Source: the human T2T-CHM13v2.0 reference genome, Homo sapiens
NCBI RefSeq assembly: GCF_009914755.1
Contig: NC_060935.1
Length of the DNA: 64,000 nucleotides
Reading direction: 5' to 3' (one strand)
This document shows, in pieces, positions 27,956 to 39,480 of the stretch; position 1 is the stretch's first letter; each line of letters begins with the position of its first letter. The notes below the pieces were generated by a model. It saw only the letters and a list, made by a program, of their open reading frames with translations, did no database searches and had not been told where the DNA came from. A program made the translations under genes and the position numbers.

Positions 27956-29210
27956 AATTATACTTTAAGTTCTAGGGTACATGTGCACAACCTGCAGGTT
28001 TGTTACACATGTATACATGTGCCATGTTGGTGTGCTGCACCCATTAACTCGTCATTTACATTAGGTATATCTCCTAATGCTATCCCTCCCCACTCCCCCC
28101 ACCCCATGATAGGCCCCGGTGTGTGATGTTCCCTGCCCTGTGTCCAAGTGTTCTTATTGTTCAATCCCACCTATGAGTGAGAACATGCCACGTTTGGTTT
28201 TTTGTCCTTGAGACAGTTTGCTGAGAATGATGGTTTCCAGCTTCATCCATGTCCCTACAAAGGACATGAACTCATCCATTTTTATGGCTGCGTGGTATTC
28301 CATGGTGTATATGTGACACATTTTCTTAATCCAGTCTATCATTGATGGACATTTGGGTTGGCTCCAAATCTTTGCTATTGTGAATAGTGCCGCAGTAAAC
28401 ACAAGTGTGCATGTGTCTTTATAGCAGCATGATTTATAATCCTTTGGGTATATACCCAGTAATGGGATGGCTGGGTCAAATGGTATTTCTAGTTCTAGAT
28501 CCCTGAGGAATCGCCACACTGTCTTCCACAATGGTTGAACTAGTTTACAGTCCCACCAACAGTGTAAAAGTGTTCCTATTTCTCCACATCCTCTCCAGCA
28601 CCTGTTGTTTCCTGACTTTTTAATGATTGCCATTCTAACTGGTGTGAGATGGTATCTCATTGCGGTTTTGATTTGCATTTGTCTGATGGCCAGTGATGAT
28701 GAGCATTTTTTCATGTGTCTGTTGGCTGCATAAATGTCTTCTTTTGAGAAGTGTCTGTTCATATCCTTCACCCACTTTTTGATGGGGTTGTTTGTTTTTT
28801 TCTTGTAAATTTGTTTGTGTTCTTTGTAGATTCTGGATATTAGCCCTTTGTCAGATGAGTAGATTGCAAAAATTTTCTCCCATTCTGTAGGTTGCCTGTT
28901 CACTCTGATGATAGTTTCTTTTGCTGTGCAGAAGCTCTTTAATTTAATTACATCCCATTTGTCAATTTTGACTTTTGTTGCCATTGCTTTTTGTGTTTTA
29001 GACATGAAGTCCTTGCCCATGCCTATGTCCTGAATGGTATTGCCTAGGTTTTCTTCTAGGGTTTTTATGGTTTTAGGTCTAACATTTAAGTCTTTAATCC
29101 ACCTTGAATTAATTTTTGTATAAGGTGTAAAGAAGGGATCCAGTTTCAGATGTCTACATATGGCTAGCCAGTTTTCCCAGCACTATTTATTACATAGGGA
29201 ATCCTTTCCC
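27956..29210 (-). mobile_element. 5'-truncated L1 (L1PA4/5-like), ~1.25 kb
   Basis: L1 3'UTR plus ORF2 C-terminus; TSD caagtataattctttt (27940-27955) / caagtataatatttt (29212-29226); almost no poly-A tail. Confidence 0.95.
28154..29020 (-). pseudogene. L1 ORF2p C-terminal remnant (288-aa open frame including the Cys-rich CCHC region); no endonuclease or RT domain
   Basis: MGKDFMSKT...[19 protein letters not shown]...SLIGG; upstream in-frame TAG near 29185; terminal frameshift (GGIEQ instead of GGN*). Confidence 0.9.
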
Positions 29211-29459
29211 TCAAGTATAATATTTTGATAAATTTCCTTTCTACAGTTCCTTTCAGACAATAACAATTTAGATAAAGCGAAAGCTTATGAAAAGTACAAA
29301 TCAACTACCAATAACTCATTAGTGGGCTTTCTGTAGGAATATATTACAAATATTTAGCAAATGATTTTTGTTAATTTTCTATTGCTCTTTTATACATACA
29401 TATAGGGGTGCACATGCAAATTTTTTATTACAACATTCTTTTAATATTGTAACAAATGA

Positions 29460-29620
29460 GTTAAAATGCTATGGATTTACAAGCAGAAAGATCTCAGTTT
29501 GAATCTAGGCTCTCTCCCTAACTAGCTGTGTAATATTGGAAGAATTTACCACTCTGTAAGATTCACTTTTCTCATTTTCAAATTTAGTGTAATTATACTA
29601 TGTATAATTCAGTTATTATA
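29460..29620 (+). mobile_element. MIR fragment
   Basis: gtttgaatctaggctctctccctaactagctgtgtaatattgg. Confidence 0.6.
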
Positions 29621-31339
29621 ATGTCTAAAAGAACACAAACTCTTTACTATTTTATAAAATTAATAAATGCCTGCTTCAGATTTTATGATGAGTTTATGAC
29701 AATTGCCTAGATGAAATTTTTAAGTTCATCTTTGACCTAGGCAGCCAACGAGAAAAATAAGTACATTTTTGATAACTTTATGTTGACAACAGAATGATAG
29801 CACAGAACAGGGTAAATTTAACTACTGCAGAACTTATGTTCCTCTTCTAAAACCTACTTTTCAGCACAATTGAATTGGAACCAACCAGTAATGAAGACTT
29901 TTTGAAAAAACAAATACAAATAGTTCTGTAAATTTTTGACCATACAAGAGATTCAAGATGTAGAAGCGAGAGGTCAATTTTTGTGTTTGAGATTTGGTTA
30001 GTTTTATAATCAATCAATATAATTGTCCAAATTTTTCTGTCATAGTGCCAAAACAAAACATTCTTTTGGTTTAAATAATGTAGAAACTGGGTTATAGATA
30101 ATTGGGAAAGTATGCTGAACTTCCAATTTAAAGAATGATTTTCAGTCATAGAGAGAAGTGACCTATAACTAAAAGTGTCCTGGAATGAGACTCCTTCCCC
30201 TTTCCTTTTCTCCTACCAGAGTCAGGCATAGAGATAATAAAATAGAGATAACAGAGATAGATAATCATATTCACCTACTGCCTCTAACCAAATAGATTCC
30301 TTCCATTGCCAAAAAGTTTGCAATTTTCAAACCTATGACAGAATATGAGATCTCTGCTCAGCAAGACATTAGGACATCTTGGGCTCCTTCCAATTCCACA
30401 TTTGTAGGAATCCTAGAAATCTTTAAAGTCTACATTATTTCCTACTTAGGCCATAAATCTATCCCTCAGAATTCTAACCATCATCTCCCAGAGGCTACCC
30501 TTATGTTCCTGGAATATATTCGGTTTGGCACTTTATTTTAAATGATTGCAATTTATTACCCTAGATTGTGTTTTTCCACATAAAGTGTTCATACCTTAAC
30601 AGTAGGGCTATCTCTTTTACTTTTCTTCTGTGCCTCATGGTACATAGCATCAAGCAGCTTTGATGAATTTACACTAAGGTTATGAGATTCTCCAGGGGTA
30701 AGGAGGCCAGGTTTGCATGGTACACGTGCACACAATATAAGGAGGAAATCTGGGTCATTCAATTTGCAATTCCTAACTTCCTGGAAAAAAATTCATGTGG
30801 ATCCTCTTTAATGTCATTTGATAAATCTATGTTAGAGAAAGATAAAATGATTCTCAAAATGTGACTTATTTCCTGCTAGAAGGGATATCAAACTATCTGA
30901 AGTCCCATTCTTCCCCTCAGTTCTTATAAGCGAGTGTTGCATAGTCTCACAGACTTTCATTCTTCCATTAATTTCGAGGTTTTTTACTAGTGAGCATCGG
31001 TTGGTTATTAAGAACCATAAAAATAAGTTTTATAAGTTAAGATTAATGCTTTACTTAAATCTACTGAACACTTTAATTATTTTACCAAAAAACAAAAATA
31101 GGAAAACACTGTCTGTTCCCCAACTGACAGAGCATCTACCACCTACAATGGACACACACAAGCAGGAGCATATGTACAAGCACATGATTGGATTCCTGCT
31201 TAACAGTGAGATTGACTGGTCTAGGTGGGTCTTGAACCCTCCTGAGTGTCTGAAGCAGTTTAAAGAAATACAGTGAAGAAAGAAGGAAGCTAAGACCAAT
31301 TTATATTCTAGTTTAGATCGAAATCCTTGTAAAAATGCC

Positions 31340-32515
31340 CACTCTGCCACCATTTCTCACCCATAAAAATGCCTATGAACCAAACAATACTAGTGTTATC
31401 AATAACATAGAAAAATTAAAACTATCACACATTGCTAGTGGGAATGTAACGTGGTGCCGCTACTTTGGAAAACTGTTCAGTAGTTTCCTTAAAAAGTGAA
31501 GAGCAGAGTTACCATATGCCACAGCAATTTGACTCGTGGGCATCTACCAGGAATGGAAACTAGATGTCCACACAAAGATCTGTACAGAAAGGTTCATAGC
31601 AGCAATATTCACAATAGTCAAAAAGTTGATATAACCCACATGTCCATCAATTGGTGAATGAATAAAGAAAATGCAGTATAGTCATGTGTCTTAGTTTGTT
31701 TTATATGGCTATAATAGAATATCTGAGACTGGGTAATCCATAAAGAAATTTATTTCTCTCTGTTTTGGAGGCTGGGAAGTTTAAGATCAAGGGGCCTACA
31801 TTTGGCAAGGGTCTTCTTGTTACATCATCCTTGGCAGAAGGTAGAAGGGCAAGAGGTCGTGAATTGCAGGAAAGAGGGAGTGAGAAGAGGACGCAGAGAG
31901 CCAAACTCATCCTTTTATCAGGAACCAACTCCCACAATAATTAACCCATTCCCCTAATAATGGCATTAATCTATTCATGAGGGCAGAGTCCGTATGACCA
32001 CGTGACCTAATCACCTCTTAGAAGATCTGCCTCTCAACATTGTTGCATTGGGGATTAAGTTTTCAACACAGGAAGCTTGGGGAACACACTCAGATTGTTA
32101 ATTTGCCAAGACCTCAAAGGCTTGGAATGCTATTCAGCAAGTAAAAAGAATAGAAGTCCTAATATGCTCTAAAGCAGGAGAGAACTCAAACACATTATAC
32201 TCATTGAAGAAAGCAAGATATAAAAGAATACATATTATATGATCCATATATATAAAAAATCCAGAAAAGGTAAATTTACAGAGACAGAAATTGTGGTTGC
32301 GTAGGGCTGGGGATGGAAATGGGAGGTGAATGTAAATGGGCAAGAGGTTTCTCCCATTAAGGGTGATGGACATGTTCTAAAATTAGATTGCAGTGACAGT
32401 TGTACAATTCGGTAAATATACTACAATTCCTGCACTTGTATACTTAAACCAAGTGAAGAAGGGTGAATTTTACGGAATCTAAATTTTATCTCAATGAAGC
32501 TGTTTTTTTAAAAAA
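31340..32515 (+). mobile_element. Old L1M (L1MB/ME-like) 3' end, split by an MST LTR
   Basis: cattgctagtgggaatgtaa...ttcatagcagcaatattcacaatag..., continuing after 32120 to gttctaaaattagattg...tatctcaatgaagctg. Confidence 0.8.
31687..32093 (-). mobile_element. MSTD-like MaLR solo LTR
   Basis: tgtcttagtttg...ggcattaatctattcatgagggcagag...ggggattaagttttcaacac. Confidence 0.85.
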
Positions 32516-32879
32516 CTGATGCCTCCTACAGGAAGTGTCACAGACTCAGGTTTGAGAAAAATAAAGTAAAACAGGATACATCCTCCCCAGGATAAACCAG
32601 TGAGAAAAGTTCTCATTTCAGAGCTCTGACCATCTGGAAATGACATGCAAAGCTGAACCTGTAGGAAGAGTTTTCAAACTGGATTAAGACACCCCTAGAC
32701 AAAATGACCTGAGACTTCCTGATAGATGAGAAAACAGATCTGTATTTAAAATTGGGATAAGCAGCTGGAAAAACAATTTGCTACAGTGGTGAGAGAGCCA
32801 GACTTGGAATTAGATGACCTGAATTCAAATAGCTCTACTTCTCCCCTCTCTAAGCTTCAGCTTCTTTAACTGTTAATAT

Positions 32880-33127
32880 TTATAGCAGTGGTCCATTATG
32901 GGGCACTTCCCACTTGCCAGGTACTATTTTAACGTGTCTTTCATGTGTTAACTCATTCAAGTCTCCAAAGAGAATTTATGCTTACGGTTTACGTTTATTT
33001 CCAAACATAGATACAGGGAGGTTAGTTAACTTACTAAAAGTCACACAGCTGCTGAGTGGCAAATTGAATGATATTTGAATCAAGTGGTATGAGTCCTGGA
33101 TCTGGGAGTTTTTCTCATTACACTGTG
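32880..33127 (-). mobile_element. MIR
   Basis: tgccaggtactatttta...gaggttagttaacttactaaaagtcacacagct. Confidence 0.7.
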
Positions 33128-33229
33128 CATATTATACTTTTAGGATTCCCACCAGGTAGATAACTTGATGATCATCTCAGAAGAAAGCTTTACAGGCATT
33201 CAGAAACAGAACAGCCCACAAAGAAAACA

Positions 33230-33960
33230 AGATTAGACAGGAGATAGCCCCGGGTTTTGGCCTCTTAGTGCATCATGAAATTGGATAAGATGCCAAATTT
33301 TCACACACTTACTTTCCCACTATGTAAAATGGAAACAATAACAGAACCTATTTCCAAGGGTTCTGGTATGAGCAGTAATACTAGTAAAGCGTAAAACCTT
33401 GGGCTTTACTCCTAGTCATAAATGTTTTTTATTGCTCTTGGCTTTGTTATATGAATGTATAAGAAAAGTGGCTGGTCAATAAATGCTGGTCGAATCTAAA
33501 TCTGAACTAGTTATGTGATTGCTTGAGTAACTTTATCACTCTAGGTGTCAGCTTCAATGGAAATTCAGAGGCTTGAACCACATGAGCTCTCAGATCCCTC
33601 TCAGATCTAACAGTTAGTGATGATAATATATCATTACATTAACAGTGACTTTAATAATTATGATTACATTAGCAATTACCTTATCAATTTACTTTGTTAT
33701 AAATTTACAAAATACCATCAGGCCCTGAAGTCTACCACTTATTAAGCACCAACTATTTAGAATATTCTTATTAATCTTCATAACAATTATCCAAGGTATG
33801 TATTATTAGACTCTTTTAAAGGTGAGGACAGTGAAATCCATTTGTTTTCAGACTAGAAGGGAGTTAGCCTTCCTATAAACTCACCTAGCTGATAAGAGGT
33901 AGAAAAGGAAGGAAGACTCAAGTCTATCTGGCTCAAAATCATTTCCTATCACATATCCCC
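33230..33960. mobile_element. Cluster of three diverged MIR fragments (+,+,-)
   Basis: tgtaaaatggaaacaataacagaaccta; ttaatcttcataacaa...ggtgaggacagtga. Confidence 0.5.
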
Positions 33961-34847
33961 TGTCTCCCCACACTTTAGCAGAAAGCCAGGTTAATGTCTA
34001 TAGTTCACTCTTTATACTACCTTGAAAAGTCAAGGTTGTTGTGACTTGATACTATTGAGACACTGGCAAAACATCAGTTCCTTCCACACACTTCTGATGG
34101 ACCATACCCCATATCCAGATTCACAAAGGAGAAAAATGAGGGTAGACTGATTGACTGCATTAAAATGTCTTAGAAGACTGTTAATTTTAAATATCTTCCA
34201 AAGAGCCATTAAGACATCATTAGATTTCTATAATCTCAGTTAGCATACAATTTCAGAGGGACCACCTGTTGTACAGACAGAGGCCACCTGTGCCAGCCGA
34301 GGAGGTGTTGTGAATTCACCAGCACCTCAGGGGTTTGCTTTCAATTAGTTTAATTCCTAACATGGTTTTATTTCCCAAGTGTGAGCTCTGCTCCAGAGAG
34401 GACTAACAGCACTTTCCTGAAGGGGATTCCAAGGATTTCTACCTCCAAGACAGGATAAGTGGGAAAACTGGAAGTTGGGAAATTAAATGACTCAGCCCTA
34501 AGATCCCATGGCAGAACAGAAATTTTAGGAATAACAATAGACTCTTCAGCCCAGGCTAGCCTAGCCAAGGATATTACATTATGTGCCAAGACACATTTTC
34601 TATCAAGGTCAATATCCTTTCCAAGAGATGTGTTCAAAGTCAGTTTTCTCTGCCTTCCGGGGCACTAAGGGGCTAATTCTCAAAGCTAATGGAAATAAGA
34701 GGTGAAATTGTTCTCCTACCACATAATACCAACATCTACCTAATTCTGAGTATTTGTGTGGCCTGGTAATTTGATTCTGAGCACCACAATCAGAGCTTAC
34801 CCCCTTCCCAACCATTAATCAAGCCTGATTATTAAAAAATTATTTTT

Positions 34848-35146
34848 AGTGGGAACAGTGGGTCATGCTTGTAATCCCAGCACTTTAGGAGGCCAAAACA
34901 GGAGGATTACATAAGGCCAGGAATTTGAAACCAACTTGGACAATATAGTGAGACCTCCATCTCTACAAAAAAAAAAAAAAAATTAAAAATTAGCTAGGCA
35001 TGGTGGCAGTTGCTGTAGTCCCAGCTACTCGGGAGGCTGAAGTGGGAAGATTACTTGAGCCCAGAAATTCAAAGCTGCAGTGAGCCATGATCATGTCACT
35101 GCACTCCAGCCTGGATGACAGAGAAAGACCCTGTCTCAGAAAAAAA
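34848..35146 (+). mobile_element. AluJ (Jo/Jr-like)
   Basis: ttgagcccagaaattcaaagctgcagtgagccatgatc; gaccctgtctc. Confidence 0.92.
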
Positions 35147-35174
35147 CATATGTGTATATATATAGATATATATG

Positions 35175-36330
35175 TATTATTTAAAAATTCAAATGTATAC
35201 AAAAGCAGAAGACTCATTTAATAAGTCTTCATGTGCCTAAAAACTTAATGTACATAGAATCTGGGTTTAACAATTATCAACTTCTGAGCAATCTTATGTT
35301 CTCAATACTCCCCTTCTTTTCTTCCTCCCTCACTATATTTTCATGAAAGAAATTCCAGATATCATATTATTTCAAAAAAAATTTCAGGTTGCATATATAA
35401 ATGGTAAGCAATCTTTTTTAGAAAAATTAACTATAATACCTAATTAAAATTTAAGAATTATTCTATACGATCATCAAATATAGTCTATATTCAAATATAC
35501 CTGTCTGTCCCATGGACAGTGGGAGTCGTTACAGTGACTCATTCAAATCAGGATTTATATAAGGTCTGAATTATTGATATGTTGTTTAAGTAACTTTTAA
35601 ATTACAGTTTTATTCCTCTCTCCAAACCTCATTTTCTTAACTTTTGCAAATAAGCTAGGTGATAGATGTTACAGAGTTTTCCATTGTCTGAATCTGAATA
35701 AGTCAAGGTGGTATAAATTACCGTGTTCTTCTGCCCTCTCTATTTTCTACATATTGACAGTTGGCTCTAGAGACTCAACCAGAATTAGGGTTGACATTTG
35801 TCAAGAATATTTCATAGGCCACATGCATTTCCATCAGAAGGTGTATAATGTAGATTGTCTTTCTTTGTGTAATCTGAACAGTCATTGATGATCATTGCCT
35901 ATATACATTGTTTCATCTGGGATTCCAAAATGTTTGTATTCTAATTCTGCAATCTCCTCTTCATTTATTAGCTACAATGCTTTGATAAAAATACTTATTC
36001 AGTAACTATGCAGTTACTCTCAAGTATAGTTTCTAACGGAAAATGATGATAAATGCCAGGTTCTTTTTTAATTTATCATTTTAAAAAATAATGTTTTGGT
36101 TCCTAGTAACTTACAAAGATGATCAATGAGATTGTCATTAATAGTATTATTATACAATCATAAATGTAAATGTATTTGATTTGTGCACTCTATTTCTGTG
36201 AGGGTTATTAATGTCAAATTATCCTAAAAAATCTAGCCAGTGGGAGTCTCTTTAAGTTGGTTCCTGAGTCCTTTTGCTGCAACCCTAGAGATCTTTGAAA
36301 GCTTTCCTTTTACTGTATGACAAGATTGTT
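35175..36330 (-). mobile_element. Old L1MC/ME 3' region
   Basis: aacaattatcaac...aattccagatatcatattatttca...agtgggagtctctttaagttggttcctgagtccttttg resembles reverse-strand L1MC4/5 3'UTR. Confidence 0.6.
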
Positions 36331-36715
36331 TTAATACTTTTCAGAATTATTTTTCAAATACTACATGCTTGTTTTTAGAAAATTAGGAAAATATTTTATG
36401 ACAAGGAAAATAAAAATAATTCCTAAATCACTTCTCAGAGATTAATCACAGTTGTTTTATTTTGGTTGTATATATGCATAAAAAGCTAAATTCTTTCCTG
36501 GAGAATAATTTGGCAATATTAATGAGTGCTTATTTTCTACTATACTTTCACTGGTGTATTTATAAATCCTTATACTTACTAAAATATTATTTTTAATGGC
36601 TGCATTATATTCTATCATATAGATGCACCATTTTTTAAAATCAGATACCCCTATTATTATACTGTTAGGTTGTTTCCAATTTCCCACTGTCATAAATGAA
36701 TCTTATCATAAGCTA
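36330..36715 (-). mobile_element. L1ME-like fragment
   Basis: tttttaatggctgcattatattcta...ttaggttgtttccaattt; ORF 36457-36693 resembles decayed ORF2 C-terminus. Confidence 0.6.
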
Positions 36716-36721
36716 TGTTAA

Positions 36722-36798
36722 ATATATGTATGTATGTGTGTGTGTGTGTGTGTGTATATATACATATATATACACATATACATACATACATATATATA
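36722..36798. repeat. Compound (TG)n/(TA)n/(CATA)n microsatellite
   Basis: Direct reading. Confidence 0.9.
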
Positions 36799-36864
36799 CT
36801 TTAAATTTTTTAAGCTATACATATAACAAATGCAGAAAAAGCATTTAGCTTAATTTTTACTTTA

Positions 36865-38312
36865 CAAGAAAAAGCTAAAACTACAAAACCCTTAAAAGAA
36901 AATACAAATAATTATTTACGACTGAGCTAGTCAAAGCCGTTACAGATATGATACTCAAAGCACAAATGACAAAAGAAAAAAAAAGAGGTTAACTGGACTC
37001 TATCAAAATAAAAAACTTTTGCCCTTCAGAGGACATACCCGATAAACACATACCAAAAATTAGTGAAAAGATAAGCCATAGAATGATAGAAAATATTTGT
37101 GAGTTACATACCTGATAAGGGACTTGTACAGAGAATGAAGAACTCTTACATTTTGATAACAAAAGACAATTTGTAAATTAGAGAAGGAGCTAAATGGATA
37201 TTTCTTCAGAGAAGATATACAAATTGCCAATAAACAAACACATGACAAGATCTCAACATCATTTTCTGGCAGGGAAGTACAAATAGAAACCCCAGTTAGA
37301 TACCAGTTCACACCCACTAGGATGACTATAACAAAAAAGACAAATAATAACCAATGTTGGTTAGAATGTGGAAAAATCTGAGCCTTCATAGACTTGTGGT
37401 AAGACTATAAAATGCTGCAGCCACATTGGGAGACAGTCTCAAAAGACTGGACATAGACTCACCAATTCTACTGCCAGGTATAATCCCACCATAAATAAAA
37501 ATATATATTCATACAAAAACTTGTGTACAAATGCTCATAGCAGCAATATTCATGATAGCTAAAAATTAGAAACAATTCAATATTCATAAACTGATGAATG
37601 GATAAATTGAATGTGGTATATTTATACAGAAATATATTAGTCAGCACTAAAAAAGAATGAAGTATTGGTATATGCTACAATATGAATAAACCTTAATAAC
37701 AGGCCGGGCGCGGTGGCTCACACCTGTAATCCCAACACTTTGGGAGGCCGAGGCGGGCGGATCATGAGGTCAGGAGATCGAGACCATCCTGGCTAACACG
37801 GTGAAACCCCATCTCTACTGAAACTACAAAAAAATATTGGGTGTGTTGGGGGGCACCTGTAGTCCCAGCTACTCAGGAGGCTGAGGCAGGAGAATGGTGT
37901 GAACCCCGAAGGCAGAGCTTGCAGTGAGCTGAGATTGCACCACTGCACTCCAGCCTGGGAGACAGAGCCAGACTCCATCTGAAAAAAAAAAAAAAAAACC
38001 TTAATAACACTTAATAACAGTATTCAAAGTTACAGAAGACAATCACAAAAGATCTCATATTGTAAAATCCCGTGTATATGAAACGTCCAAAATAGGCAAA
38101 TACACAGAAGCAGAAAGTACATTAATACTTGCCTAGAGTTAGGGAAAGAGAAGAAATGAGAAGGGATGCTAATGAGTAAGGGGTTTCTTTTGGGGATGAT
38201 GAAAATGTTCTAAAATTGACTTTAGTGATGGTAGCACAATTCTGTGAATATACTAAAAATCATTGTGTTTTATGGTATGTGGATTATATCTAAATAAATC
38301 TGTGGGGGAAAA
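36865..38312 (+). mobile_element. L1MB7/8-like 3' fragment, split by AluY
   Basis: Decayed ORF2 (ctggactctatcaaaataaaaaactttt, gaagatatacaaattgccaataa) and 3'UTR (ggggatgatgaaaatgttctaaaattga). Confidence 0.8.
37702..37995 (+). mobile_element. AluY
   Basis: gagatcgagaccatcctggctaacacggtg, gagaatggtgtgaaccc, agcttgcag; TSD aaaccttaataaca. Confidence 0.95.
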
Positions 38313-38775
38313 AAATATCAGTTGAACCTTCAGGATAAAACAACAGGTCATTCTCTCTCTTACATTATTTTACAATGTTTCCAACATCTGAAGACACAAA
38401 TGATATCTCCCTACAGGAAAATCTATTCCTTCCAGAAATTTTTCAAAAATAAATAAAACATCCCAGATTGTCTTATTCTTCAGGTAGTACTGAAGCTAAA
38501 GAATACACTGAGTCAACTACCTTGCTATAAAAGACAGGGGAGGCAGCCAAGATACACAACAGTTTATTCTGCAGCAATGTTTTCCTGTTGTGGCCACTAA
38601 ATCACAGAAAATGCAGCAGGATATGAAAGTTCACCTTATTTTCTGACATGAAAACTCCAAGGTTATGCTTATCTGTGATGCATTATAGGAAATCATTGGA
38701 TACATTCTGTTGAAGAAGGCCATCTTCCCCAAAATAGGATGAAAATACTCCCTCTTCTCAAAGTAGGGAGGTAGT

Positions 38776-39371
38776 TACAATGGTTCATTTTAGGTGTCAA
38801 CTTCACTAGATTAAAGAATACCTGGAGAACTGCTAAAGCATTATTTCTGGGAATGTCTGCTAAGGTGTTTCCATAAGAGATTGTTATGAGAGTCAATAGG
38901 CTGAGTGGGGAAGATCTGCCCTGGTGTGGGTGGGCACCAATCAATCATCAGGGGCCAGGAGAACAAAAAATGGAAAGAAAAGGATTCCCTTGCTCTCTCT
39001 CCTGGAGCTCAGACATTCTCCTGCTCCTGCCCTTGGTCATCAGAAATCCAGGCCCTCCAGCCTTGGGACTTCAGGATTTATGACAGCAGCCCCTCAAGTT
39101 CTCAGGGGATTACTAATTATACCATCAGCTTTCCCGCTTTTGAGGCTTTTGGACTTGGACTGAGCCCACCCCCGCTATTAGCATCCCAAGGTCTCCCTCC
39201 AGCTTGCAGAAGGCTTGTTGTGGGACTCCTCAGCTTCCGCAACCACATAAGCCAACTCCCCTAATAAGTCTTCTTTTATATATCTATGTATATTTCTGTA
39301 TCATCTGTATCTATCCATCTACATATATATATATATATATGTGTATATATATATGTGTGTATATATATATA

Positions 39372-39446
<75 letters not shown>

Positions 39447-39480
39447 TATTGGTTCTGTCTCTCTATATAATTCTAATACA
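38776..39480 (+). mobile_element. MLT2B-like ERVL solo LTR
   Basis: atggttcattttaggtgtcaacttcactagattaa...cctattggttctgtctctct...ctaataca. Confidence 0.85.
39323..39444. repeat. Expanded (TA)n tract with GTGT interruptions
   Basis: About 120 bp of alternating TA inside the MLT2 tail. Confidence 0.95.
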
